Source: an uncultured Chloroflexia bacterium
Lineage (GTDB): Bacteria; Chloroflexota; Chloroflexia; Thermomicrobiales; UBA6265
Reading direction: 5' to 3'
Assembly (NCBI GenBank): GCA_963724295.1
Contig: CAVRUC010000012.1
Span: 1-64,000 of the forward strand
Length of the DNA: 64,000 nt
The translations under genes and the position numbers were made by a program. Under the pieces are notes generated by a model that did not search any database, had not been told where the DNA came from, and saw only the letters and a program-made list of their open reading frames with translations. Below are positions 31,693 to 41,014 of this stretch, in pieces; within the stretch, counting starts at the first letter, position 1; the number at the start of each line of letters is the position of its first letter.

Positions 31693-32189
31693 GTGCCACG
31701 GGGAGTGAAGCCGTCGGGCAATCCGCCCTCCAGGAGACCATCGCCCAGCAGCGGGCGACGATCAGCGAGCTGCAGACCCCTGTCATCCAGGTCTGGGAGG
31801 GGATTCTGACGCTGCCGATCGTCGGGACTGTTGACACAGCACGGGCTCAAGACATGACCGAGGCGCTCCTGGAGCGCATCGTCGCGACCGGATCCGAGAT
31901 CGTGCTGCTCGATATCACCGGCGTGCCGGTGGTTGATACGGCGGTGGCTCGTCACCTGTTGGAGACCGTCACTGCCGCTCGCCTCCTGGGAGCCGACGTC
32001 CTGATCGTCGGGCTCTCCTCGCGTACGGCGATGACGCTCGTCCAGCTCGGCATCGACCTCTCTCACGTCACGACGCGGGCGACACTGGCCAAGGGGTTGG
32101 AGTTTGCCTTCAGGCGGCTGGGATTGACGGTTGTCGCGCAGAACGGGAGCGCTCGGCGCACGGTCGATGCCGATGGCGCGACGCCCTAG
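31689..32189 (+). CDS. rsbR: RsbR-like STAS protein without an N-terminal sensor domain
   Basis: ISELQTPVIQVWEGILTLPIVGTVDTARA, LDITGVPVVDT. Confidence 0.88.
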   Translation: MSATGSEAVGQSALQETIAQQRATISELQTPVIQVWEGILTLPIVGTVDTARAQDMTEALLERIVATGSEIVLLDITGVPVVDTAVARHLLETVTAARLLGADVLIVGLSSRTAMTLVQLGIDLSHVTTRATLAKGLEFAFRRLGLTVVAQNGSARRTVDADGATP

Positions 32190-32560
32190 TGGCCCGCGTC
32201 CCGATCATTCGCCTCGGCGAGGTCCTCATCGCGACGGTTCAGGAAGAGCTCTACGATCACGACGCCCTGCAATTGCAGGAAGAGCTTGGTCAACTGCTCG
32301 AACATGGAGCGGCGCGCGGCGTCCTGCTCGACCTCTCGACCGTGGCCACGGTCGACTCTTTCCTCGCTCGCCTCATCGGCGCCATCGCGGCGGCATCACG
32401 GCTGCTTGGAGCCGAGACGGTGGTGGTGGGACTCCAGCCAGCGGTGGCCATGACCCTGGTGGAGCTGGGGCTGACGCTACCCGGCGTCCGAACGGCGCTC
32501 GACGCCGAAAAGGGCCTCGCTATCCTCGCGCACCTGGGCCCTGATGCTGGCCGCATCTGA
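32189..32560 (+). CDS. rsbS: RsbS STAS protein
   Basis: VPIIRLG, VDSFLAR, VVVGLQPAVAMTLVELGL. Confidence 0.9.
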   Translation: MARVPIIRLGEVLIATVQEELYDHDALQLQEELGQLLEHGAARGVLLDLSTVATVDSFLARLIGAIAAASRLLGAETVVVGLQPAVAMTLVELGLTLPGVRTALDAEKGLAILAHLGPDAGRI

Positions 32561-32978
32561 GACGAGAAGCCCGCGTCAGTGGGCAGTGCGTGTCGCCGGA
32601 GAGGAGGGCATCGTGGCTGCCCGCCAGCAAGCACGCGAGACCGCGAAGGAGCTGGGGTTCGGGCTGGTCGATCAGAGCCGCATCGCCACGGCCGTCTCGG
32701 AGCTGACTCGCAATGTGGTGCGCTATGCGACCGGTGGCCAAGGCGAGGTGCTGATCCGCGAGCTGGAGCCGTCGGCGAAGGGCATTGGCATCGAGGTGAT
32801 CGTCCGTGACGACGGCCCAGGAATTGCGAACGTCGAACAGGCCCTGCGCGAGGGGTTCAGCACCGGCGTTGGCTTGGGGATGGGTCTTCCTGGAACACGG
32901 CGGCTGATGGACGAGATGGCGATCGACTCCGCCCCCGGACAGGGTACGACGGTCTCGATTCGCAAGTGGCGGCGGTAG
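32544..32978 (+). CDS. rsbT: RsbT serine/threonine switch kinase
   Basis: GFGLVDQSRIATAVSELTRN, DDGPGI, GFST..GLGMGLPGTRRLMDE. Confidence 0.9.
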   Translation: MLAASETRSPRQWAVRVAGEEGIVAARQQARETAKELGFGLVDQSRIATAVSELTRNVVRYATGGQGEVLIRELEPSAKGIGIEVIVRDDGPGIANVEQALREGFSTGVGLGMGLPGTRRLMDEMAIDSAPGQGTTVSIRKWRR

Positions 32979-33422
32979 GTGGCGTTTCAGCCACCACGCA
33001 TGGAAAACGACCATTCTTGCCGGGGACGCATCGTAGCCGAGGTTGACGTCGAGCGGATCCGGCGTGAGGCACGGGCCCTTGCCACGTACGCCGGGTTCGA
33101 CCGTCATGACGCGGAAGCGATCCTCCTTGCCGTTTCAGAGTTGGCGACCAACCTCGTGCGTTACGCACCTGGTGGAGAGCTGATTGTCTCGATCGTGTCA
33201 GAAGCGAACGAGCTCGGCATCCTGATCGAATGCTCCGATACTGGGCCTGGAATCGTCGACGTCGAGCTGGCGCTCCGCGATGGCTATAGCACGAGCGGTG
33301 GGCTTGGGAGTGGGCTGCCGAGCGTGCGCCGCCTGATGGACGACTTCACGATCGCCACGAGCCCGTCAGGAACATCCATCGAGGCGCGCAAATGGCTACC
33401 TTCCCCGTCGCCGTCGCGGTAG
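32979..33422 (+). CDS. Second RsbT-like kinase
   Basis: LAVSELATNL, DTGPGI, DGYSTSGGLGSGLPSVRRLMDDF. Confidence 0.85.
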   Translation: MAFQPPRMENDHSCRGRIVAEVDVERIRREARALATYAGFDRHDAEAILLAVSELATNLVRYAPGGELIVSIVSEANELGILIECSDTGPGIVDVELALRDGYSTSGGLGSGLPSVRRLMDDFTIATSPSGTSIEARKWLPSPSPSR

Positions 33423-33979
33423 CGGCTCGCCCGTATCCGGGTGAGACCGTCAGTGGCGATGCGTGGCAGGTCGATTGGCATGGATCGGTCTGCCGTATCG
33501 CCCTCGTCGACGGCCTGGGACACGGACCCCAGGCGGCGACTGCCGCGCTGGCCGCGGTCGCCGCTCTGGCGGCCGAGCCGGCGCTCAACCCGGTAGACGC
33601 CGTGCACCGCTGCCATGATGCCCTCGTGGACACCCGTGGCGCGGCGCTCCTGGTCGCATCTATCGATCTCTCCAGAGGTCAGCTCATCGTCGCCGGTGCT
33701 GGCAACGTCGAAGCGCGTCTCTGCCAGGACGGTGGGGTAAAGCACCTGATGACCGACCGCGGGATCGTCGGGTCGGTGCTGCCGCGGGTGCGCCCGGTAG
33801 AGATGGCGCTCGCACCTGGCTGGCTCTTGCTGATGCACACGGATGGCATCAAGCGACGCTTCGACGCGCAGCCGCTGCTCGCGACGACCCTGGATGGAGA
33901 CGGATTGGCGCAAGCAGTCCTGGCCGGGTGGGCACGCACGACGGACGATGCGACCGTGCTCGTGGCGCAGCCGAGCTAG
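33392..33979 (+). CDS. rsbX: RsbX-like PP2C/SpoIIE phosphatase
   Basis: GETVSGD, LVDGLGHG, GNVE, MHTDGI, DDATVL. Confidence 0.85.
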   Translation: MATFPVAVAVAARPYPGETVSGDAWQVDWHGSVCRIALVDGLGHGPQAATAALAAVAALAAEPALNPVDAVHRCHDALVDTRGAALLVASIDLSRGQLIVAGAGNVEARLCQDGGVKHLMTDRGIVGSVLPRVRPVEMALAPGWLLLMHTDGIKRRFDAQPLLATTLDGDGLAQAVLAGWARTTDDATVLVAQPS

Positions 33980-34026
33980 GGTTAGCGTAGGGAAATGGTG
34001 ATACCCGCGCCGCGGCAGCGGTGAAG

Positions 34027-34230
34027 CTAGCCGGGTGCTCCGGGGACGTCCTGGTCGCTGATGATCGAGAGGGAGCCATCCGGTGGCTCCTCGATGAGCG
34101 ACTCGAGATCTTCGAAGTCCTCCAGCCGCTCGATCTCCTCCGGGCTCAACCGGGGCGCCTGTCGCTCCGTCTCGGGCGCATCCGTGGCATCGCTAGCGGT
34201 GGATTGCGTCGGCATGTCTCGATCACTCAT
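34027..34230 (-). CDS. Small acidic hypothetical protein
   Basis: GGAGGG RBS; ends DQDVPGAPG. Confidence 0.5.
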   Translation of the reverse strand: MSDRDMPTQSTASDATDAPETERQAPRLSPEEIERLEDFEDLESLIEEPPDGSLSIISDQDVPGAPG

Positions 34231-34347
34231 GGCGCCCTCCCGGGTACGACCCTGCTCGCATCCTTGCTCTTGCCCTTGTACTTGCAGAATCGATGCCGTA
34301 GCGACGCCTCTGTCTCTGGTCGTGGTGCGGAACGTCGTTGGCGACGG

Positions 34348-34635
34348 CTAAGCGAGCGGCTCATCGTCAGAGATACCGGTCGCGCGCTCGATCTCCGCGA
34401 TTGGCGCGTCCGGGCCCAGGACGACCTCGCCGTTCCAGTCGAAGTCCGGATCCAGTTCTGCCCACGAGCTTGCGGAAACGCCGCCCTCGGGCTCCGCGAT
34501 AACCGCCCCGTTGCGCTTCCCGATCGCGACGAGAGCGGCCCAGAGTCGCCGCGCGTCGAGAGCGTTGCCGGCGGCGATCTCATCCGGATCCTGGTCGGCG
34601 AGACTCTGCCACCAGGCGCGGAAGGTCGATGCCAT
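34348..34635 (-). CDS. Hypothetical protein, paralog of 34704-35075
   Basis: TFRAWW, DPDEIAAGN, PDFDWNGE, IAEIERATGI. Confidence 0.65.
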   Translation of the reverse strand: MASTFRAWWQSLADQDPDEIAAGNALDARRLWAALVAIGKRNGAVIAEPEGGVSASSWAELDPDFDWNGEVVLGPDAPIAEIERATGISDDEPLA

Positions 34636-34703
34636 GACCGTATGTCGATCGTCATGCATAGCGATCGCCCGCTCCCCGGTGTCCTTGGGCTTGCGGTTGC
34701 GAC

Positions 34704-35075
34704 TCAGTCTCGCTCGTCATCCTCGTGCTCGGCGATACCGGTCGCCGCTTCGATCTCGGCGACAAATCGATCGGGCCAGGCTGCGGCCTCCCCGCGGTCT
34801 GGCACGAGCTGGATCTCACCGCTCCAGTCAAACTCCGGTTCCATGACGTAGCGAAACATGAGATGCGCGTAGCTACTCGGTCCGCTGCTGTGGATGACGA
34901 TCGGGCGGATGGCCCCGCTGCGCACGCCAACGCCGGTCAATTCGTGCAACAGGATCACGGCGCTCCACTGGTTTCCGGGAGCGATTTCGTTCGGGTCGTG
35001 CGCGACAGTCTCTTCCAGCAGCTCGTACCACAGGCGGAAGGTTGCGGCTTTGACGTCAGGTCGTTGATCTGTCAC
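34704..35075 (-). CDS. Hypothetical protein, paralog of 34348-34635
   Basis: TFRLWY, DPNEIAPGN, PEFDWSGE, VAEIEAATGI. Confidence 0.65.
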   Translation of the reverse strand: MTDQRPDVKAATFRLWYELLEETVAHDPNEIAPGNQWSAVILLHELTGVGVRSGAIRPIVIHSSGPSSYAHLMFRYVMEPEFDWSGEIQLVPDRGEAAAWPDRFVAEIEAATGIAEHEDDERD

Positions 35076-35203
35076 ACGCACTACCGCACGTGCAAGCGCA
35101 TGACACGGAGCATGGCGAAGACGCACCCGGCGTCACTGGCCCGTCTCCGTCTGGCCGCGAGGTCTTCCGTCACGTCCGCTGATCGGCGCCGGCGGGGTAG
35201 GGG

Positions 35204-35428
35204 CTAGGTCTCCTCGTACTCACACTTGATACCGGTCAGCCCTTCGATCAGACCAATCTGTTCCTGCGTGAGTCTATTCGTGGAATCGCCCGCTTCCTGC
35301 CGCTGCCGCTGCTCTGAGACCGCCTGCAACAATTGGAGGTCGCCCTCGGCGCCAAGTTGCTCGAGACCGCTCTTCCACTGCCGCATGGTTCCGATGCTGA
35401 TCGTCCTCGTCTGTCCGACATCGCTCAT
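35204..35428 (-). CDS. Small hypothetical protein
   Basis: Natural-looking composition; AAGGTGA RBS-like site upstream. Confidence 0.45.
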   Translation of the reverse strand: MSDVGQTRTISIGTMRQWKSGLEQLGAEGDLQLLQAVSEQRQRQEAGDSTNRLTQEQIGLIEGLTGIKCEYEET

Positions 35429-35617
35429 AGGAGAGATCACCTTTCATGGGACGCCATCGAGACCGGCACGGACGCCGCAATAGTATCACCGCAGAAGTCG
35501 TGCCACATGCTGGCTCCGCTACAGTCGGCGTGCGCACGTATTCTGTGGCTCATCAGCGATTCGATTATCCCATCTCGCGGAAGCAGCGCGGCACTCATAG
35601 CGTGCTCTTCAGGGGGC

Positions 35618-35648
35618 TTGACTCTGACGTAACGTCAGGCTCTATGCT
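35618..35648 (+). promoter_or_regulatory. MerR-type promoter/operator TTGACT-N19-TATGCT with dyad CTGACGTAACGTCAG
   Basis: 19-bp spacer containing an inverted repeat, directly before the MerR gene. Confidence 0.85.
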
Positions 35649-35667
35649 GCTATCCAGGAGGTGAGGC

Positions 35668-36446
35668 GTGGGTCGCTACTACCGCGTCGGCGAGGTGGCC
35701 GCGCTGACGCACGTCTCGGTGCGGACGCTGCATCACTACGACCGAATCGGGCTGTTGCGTCCGGCGCTGTACTCCGCCGGGGGCTACCGGATGTACGGGG
35801 AAGCGGAGCTGCTGCGCTTGCAGCAGATCCTGACCCTGCGCTATCTGGGGTTTCCCCTGAGACGGATTGGCGAGTTGCTGGAACGGGCCGATTTCGATCT
35901 GGTCGCCTCGCTCCGCGTGCAGGGCCAGGCGCTGCACGACCGGATCGCGGAGCTGGAGCGCATCTCCGCCGCTATCGGCGAGCTGGTCGACCAGCGGCTG
36001 GCGACGGGTGAATGGGCCTGGCAGTTGATCATCGAGGCGTCGCGGGCGGTTGGCGCCGGTCTGACGCGAGGAGAGGACATGATGGATGCGTATTACACAC
36101 CGGAGCAGATGACGCGGTTCGAGGAGGCGCGTCAGGCGACGCCGGCGGAAGAGATCGACGCCGTCGAGCAGGGCTGGACCACGCTCCTGGCTGAGATTCG
36201 AGCCGCCCGCGCCGCCGATCTCGATCCAGCCAGCGCCGAGGCAAGGCATTGGCCGACCGCTGGGGTGAGCTCAATCAGCGGACGATGCGGCACTTCCCTG
36301 ACGAGCTGCGGGATGCCATCAAGGCCAATTACGAGCGAGGCGCGTTCGAGGGAAACGAGCGGGCGCCGCAAGCGGCGGACTTCACGTTCATCGAGCGCGT
36401 CGAGGCCGCCCGCGCCAGCACCAGCGGGAGCTCCGATTCGGAATAG
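35668..36446 (+). CDS. MerR family regulator, TipA/Mta-like (frameshift near 36248)
   Basis: YRVGEVAALTHVSVRTLHHYDRIGLLRP; TipAS-like C-terminus DPASAEA. Confidence 0.9.
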
Positions 36447-36500
36447 CGGCGGTGAGCGCCGCCTGACCGGGTTCAGTCGTCGCGGCGCGGTTGACGCTAC

Positions 36501-36525
36501 GGAGGGAGGCGAACCGCCTCCCTCC
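36501..36525. terminator. Hairpin between convergent genes
   Basis: GGAGGGAGGCG-AAC-CGCCTCCCTCC. Confidence 0.55.
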
Positions 36526-36563
36526 ATGATTTTAGGCGTCGAACCAGACTGATCTATGCGGGA

Positions 36564-38117
36564 TCAGAGGGCGACCGGAATGCTTTGCGGGAAGCGGAAC
36601 AGGTTGTCCGGGTCCCACGTCCGCTTGACTTCGACCAGCCGCGGAAAGTTCTCGCCATAGTAGGCGTGCGCCCAATCGGCTTGGGTGCGATCCGGGAAAT
36701 TCTGGTAGGCGCCGCCAGAGAGATAGGGCTGCATCGCCGCGTGATAGCCCTCCAGCCAGTCGAGATTGTCGGCGATCAGCTTCGGATCATCCTCCGGCGC
36801 CCAGATCGCCTCGCACTTGAAGAGGAGATCGGCGTTGCGGTGGACAAACGCGGTGGCATCCGGGGTGACATCATTGACCTTTGCCCCCCAGCCATAGAGG
36901 ACGGTCGGGCCTTCCTGCTCCCGGGACGGCACGCCCGGCATCATCGTGATCCACTCCAGCATAGTCGTGATGCCTGCCGGCGCCATCGACCCTCGAACGA
37001 ACCCGCTCTTGACCGCATAGGTGCCGAGCGGGGTGGTGGCGGACAGGAACTCGCGCCCGGCCCAGAAGCTCTTGCTCGCGACGGTTCGCGCATCCGCGGC
37101 TTGAATTTGTTCGACCGGGGCCAGCAACGCCTCCAGCTCCGCGAGCGGTCCCCAAAAGAGCCCGACGGTGTCAACGTTCAGCGGAGCCGGCTGAGAGCTC
37201 GGCAGGCGTGATGGCGACCGCAGGTTGAGGCGGAGACCGAGCTCGAGCGGACCAGCAACCTGCATCCGCATGATGCCATCGACCAGCGCCGCGGTATCTC
37301 CACCCGACCACGAGAGGCTGAAGACCGAGACGTCTCGCACCGGAGCCACCTTGTAGGTGAACGAGGTGTGCACTCCGAAGTTGCCGCCACCAGCACCGCG
37401 CACCGCCCAGAAGAGATCAGGATGCTCCGTGGCCGACGCGGTGACGATCTCGCCGCCGGCGGTGACAACGTCGGTCGCGAGGAGGTTGTCGCAGGTCATC
37501 CCCAGATGCCGGCAGCTCATTCCCCAGCCGCCACCAAGTGTCAGCCCGGAGACTCCCACGGTCGGGCAGCGCCCGCCCGGGAAGTAGACGTCATGCGGCT
37601 GGAGCCCCTCGCCGACGTCTGTGTTACTGGCGCCGCCGGCAACCGTCACCGTGCCCGCGGCTGGATCGACGCTGACTGTACGCATCCCTTTGACGTCGAT
37701 GACCAGTCCGTCGGAGGTGGAAAATCCGGCGTAGGAATGCCCACCCGAGCGTACGGCAAATGGCGCCCCAGTTTCGCGGGCCCACGTGACGCAGGTCGCC
37801 GCATCATCCGGCGAAACGCAGACGGCGATGCCGGCCGGACCGACACCCATATACCGGGCAGCGTTGATCACCGTCGCTGCCGGGTACATCCCATCTCCGG
37901 GACGGAGAAGCCGGCCGCTGAGGCGATTGGCCAGATCGTCCCAGGCGACATCGCCAAGCGCGGCAGCCGGAGTCGCTTCGCCGGCGACAGCGGATAAGCC
38001 GTTGAGCCAGGGGGAGGCAATGAGCCCCGCCGCGCCGATGCCGGTCGTGCGCAGCAGGGCGCGGCGGCTCACTCCCCGCTTCGGGATACGACCCGCTGAG
38101 GATGGACTTTCTGGCAT
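36564..38117 (-). CDS. Tat-exported FAD-binding oxidoreductase (berberine bridge enzyme family)
   Basis: SRRALL, RSGGHS, GRCPTVG, GAGGGNFG, AYQNF, YYGENFPRL..VK..WDP.N.F. Confidence 0.92.
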   Translation of the reverse strand: MPESPSSAGRIPKRGVSRRALLRTTGIGAAGLIASPWLNGLSAVAGEATPAAALGDVAWDDLANRLSGRLLRPGDGMYPAATVINAARYMGVGPAGIAVCVSPDDAATCVTWARETGAPFAVRSGGHSYAGFSTSDGLVIDVKGMRTVSVDPAAGTVTVAGGASNTDVGEGLQPHDVYFPGGRCPTVGVSGLTLGGGWGMSCRHLGMTCDNLLATDVVTAGGEIVTASATEHPDLFWAVRGAGGGNFGVHTSFTYKVAPVRDVSVFSLSWSGGDTAALVDGIMRMQVAGPLELGLRLNLRSPSRLPSSQPAPLNVDTVGLFWGPLAELEALLAPVEQIQAADARTVASKSFWAGREFLSATTPLGTYAVKSGFVRGSMAPAGITTMLEWITMMPGVPSREQEGPTVLYGWGAKVNDVTPDATAFVHRNADLLFKCEAIWAPEDDPKLIADNLDWLEGYHAAMQPYLSGGAYQNFPDRTQADWAHAYYGENFPRLVEVKRTWDPDNLFRFPQSIPVAL

Positions 38118-38350
38118 GCGCTTCCTCTCTCCACCGCATGGAGCGGGTCGTCGAGTCCGGGATCGCTGGTTCGCGTGTGCCGCCATCCTAGCAAAGCGGC
38201 AATCGTGAGCAATCGCTATGCTGAGATGACCTCCTCAGGTGTGGAGAGGCAAGCCACCATGCTCCATGCCAGCCACATTCCCAGCCAGATCGTGGATTGA
38301 TCGTCGGGCCATGGCGGCGTACACCCGAGGCGAGGTGCGACCGCCTATCC

Positions 38351-40504
38351 TCACACCTCGAAGGCACGGAAGCGGATCTCCCGGCCCTCCACTTCATGTC
38401 CCTCGAAGAAGCTGGTGCCAACGTAGACATCGGAGGCTGTTGGCGGCGGCAGGTCGATGCTGCCCGTGAACTCCCGGTTGACCCCGAAGTACGCGATGTT
38501 GCCTTCCACAACCAAGTCGAGGGTATTGGTTGCTCCAGGGGTGGCGTCGAAGGTGGGCACGAATCCAGACCGCGTGCCCTGGTAGTACCAGAACCCTTCG
38601 GAATCGACGTAAATGGATTGGAACGTATTACCCACCCGGTGGAATGCGAATCCGTAGTCCCAAGGCGTCTCGCTCTGCTCCTGCGGGTTGATGAACGTGA
38701 CGGTAGCCGAGAAGTCCTCCGTCGTGACCCCCGCGCCCCGCGCAAGGAACCCGCCCGGTTGGTCCGGGATCGTGCCAGCAAGCGGTCCCGCGATGCTGAT
38801 AGCGCCAAAGCGGTCGGCTAGGGCGGCGGCGAACCGCGCCGTGTCGTCTTCAGCAGAAGCCGATGGCGGCGCGGCGGCCGGCGATGCCGGCGTCGGCGCG
38901 TCCCACACCTCGAAGGTGCTGTAAATGATCTCCCGTCCTTCCACGATGTTCTCGGAGCGAAAGTCGGTCGCCACGAGAACGTCCGCGGCGGTCGAGGGTG
39001 GCAACTCGAAGCTGGCCACGAATTCGCCGTTGACGCCGAAGAGTGCCGTGGTGCGCTGGACAATCAGATCGAGGGTGTTTATGCCTCCGGGTGAGGCGTC
39101 GAACGAGGGCACGCTGCCCGACTGCGGCACACCGTTCGGGAAGTTGCTGTAGTACCAGGCCCCGTTCGCATCGACGTAGACCTCCTGGATCGCGTACGGC
39201 TCCAGGGTCTGGTGGAACGCTAAGCCGTAGTCCCAGGTCGCGCCGATCGGTTCGCTCGGGTTGACGAAGGTAACGGTGGTCGAGAAGTCCTGGGTGGTGA
39301 CCCCGGCGGGAATCGCGGTCAGTTGGTCATCCTGGCGCTGGCCGAGCGTTCCTCCGAACGGCCCGGCGAGGCTCGGCGCACCGGAGCGGGCGGCAATGGC
39401 AGCAGCAAACCGCGACGCGTCGTCCTCCGCAGCTGCCGCGGGTGGCGTTCCGGCCGCAGACGCCGCTCCCTCCGCCTCCCAGACCTCGAAGTCACTGAAC
39501 GCGATCTCCCGGCCCTCCACGGCGTTGTCGGAGAACCAGCCCGTGCCCATGACGACGTCCGCGGCCGTCGGCGGCGGGAGATCGATCGTGGCCACCATCT
39601 CGCCGTTGACCCCAAAGCGCGCCGTGGCGCCCTCGACGACGAGATCGAGGGTATTGGTCGCCCCGGGGGTAGGATCGAACGGGACCAGGGCGGGATTCAC
39701 CTTAATCGCTCCGGTCAGGGAGTTCTGGTAGTACCAGTGGCCATCGGATTTGACGACCACGATTTGGGCCGTGTCCTGCGTCCCATGGAAGGCCACTCCG
39801 ACATCCCAGGGCGTCTCGGTCTGCTCCTGGGGGTTGACGAACGTGACGGTGGCCGAGAAGTTCTCCGCCGTGACTCCCGCGCCTCGCACAATGCGCTGGC
39901 CTTGGCGCTGCACGAGCTGGCCCGCGAACGGCCCGGCAAGTCTGAGGGAGTCGCTCCGGGCGGCAAGGGCTTCGGCGAACCGCGCGGCATCTTCCTCGGT
40001 CACGGCCTGTGGCGGAAGGAAGGTCGCGGCAAGGAACGTATCAAGGTCTTCGCCGCTGAGAAAGAGCGAAATGGTGGTCTGCGCGGGATCGGTACCGGGG
40101 CTGAGGTAGGCAATGCCGGTGATCCCCACGTCCCCTCTCGATGCGAGACCGACGATCAGGGCACCCGCCTCCGTGAGTGATCCCCCAATCTCGCCGCATG
40201 CCACGATCTCTTCTCCAACTGGAAAGGGGACCACGATCGCATGATCGCTGGCGGTCAACGCGTCGAGCGAGATCGGGACGGTCGTGAAGGAGTTGGCGGC
40301 GGGGATAGCTACCACGTTTCCATGGGTTTCGCCTTGCGGGACCCTGGCCTCGATGAGCGGCGCGACGAGGTCGCCGATGTCGTCGCAATTTCCCTGGCGA
40401 ATCTCGGCAGCGATCCCGGTCTGCTGGGCAATCGCCCTGGTGGGGGCCACTATGGTGGTAGTGATCGAAACAACCAAAGCGACGAATAGTATGAGTCGTG
40501 CCAT
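38351..40504 (-). CDS. Secreted protein with three tandem beta-rich repeats
   Basis: GAGGAGG RBS, signal peptide; three units EDxARFA.A...AGP..G...FS(A/T)TVTF.NP...WD.G.AFH...NTLDL.V...FGVN.E...EGREI....FEV. Confidence 0.85.
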   Translation of the reverse strand: MARLILFVALVVSITTTIVAPTRAIAQQTGIAAEIRQGNCDDIGDLVAPLIEARVPQGETHGNVVAIPAANSFTTVPISLDALTASDHAIVVPFPVGEEIVACGEIGGSLTEAGALIVGLASRGDVGITGIAYLSPGTDPAQTTISLFLSGEDLDTFLAATFLPPQAVTEEDAARFAEALAARSDSLRLAGPFAGQLVQRQGQRIVRGAGVTAENFSATVTFVNPQEQTETPWDVGVAFHGTQDTAQIVVVKSDGHWYYQNSLTGAIKVNPALVPFDPTPGATNTLDLVVEGATARFGVNGEMVATIDLPPPTAADVVMGTGWFSDNAVEGREIAFSDFEVWEAEGAASAAGTPPAAAAEDDASRFAAAIAARSGAPSLAGPFGGTLGQRQDDQLTAIPAGVTTQDFSTTVTFVNPSEPIGATWDYGLAFHQTLEPYAIQEVYVDANGAWYYSNFPNGVPQSGSVPSFDASPGGINTLDLIVQRTTALFGVNGEFVASFELPPSTAADVLVATDFRSENIVEGREIIYSTFEVWDAPTPASPAAAPPSASAEDDTARFAAALADRFGAISIAGPLAGTIPDQPGGFLARGAGVTTEDFSATVTFINPQEQSETPWDYGFAFHRVGNTFQSIYVDSEGFWYYQGTRSGFVPTFDATPGATNTLDLVVEGNIAYFGVNREFTGSIDLPPPTASDVYVGTSFFEGHEVEGREIRFRAFEV

Positions 40505-40720
40505 GCTCAACCTCCTCATTGGGGCCTTGGACCGGTCCCCGGGACTCACCACAACGAGCCCGCGTCCCAAGGCCAGCGTAAGCGCGCACGGCGGCCGCAT
40601 TCCTGATCGGGGTGGTTCGGTGCTGGGGTGAGTGGTTTCACCCCGACCCCACCAGGTGGGAGCGCGGGAGCGTCGACGCCCGGCGTGACGCCATCATGGG
40701 GTTGAGGAGATCCGCACGCA

Positions 40721-40753
40721 CCCGTACGCCGTACGGGGATCGGTACGGGATTT
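40721..40753 (-). promoter_or_regulatory. CCCGTAC-N3-GTACGGG box plus third half-site (site A)
   Basis: CCCGTACgccGTACGGGgatcgGTACGGGattt. Confidence 0.75.
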
Positions 40754-40907
40754 CTCCGGGAGACGGCACGACGTGTGGCCAGCAACTTTGGCGCACGGGG
40801 GCGCGGTTGCGACGCCTGGTAGATCCGTCTGCGACTTCAGCGAATGCTCAGCAGCAATTCAGCGACCGTTCAGCGGCACCCGCCATACTGAACCGGACCG
40901 TGATTCC

Positions 40908-40940
40908 GGGGGCGGTGCTGGGCTGACCAGCACCGCCCCC
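40908..40940. terminator. 14-bp stem hairpin
   Basis: GGGGGCGGTGCTGG-N5-CCAGCACCGCCCCC. Confidence 0.5.
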
Positions 40941-41014
40941 GCATGCGGTCAAATCATCAATGACGGGCACGTTGTCATCTGTATTAGGAGGCCGGCGATG
41001 AGCCGGGAATTGCC

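Noticed and set aside
32979..33979. Frameshifted RsbT-PP2C fusion
   Set aside because: The second kinase has the usual KW C-terminal motif overlapping an ATG of the phosphatase, so two overlapping genes is the simpler reading; a fusion cannot be fully excluded
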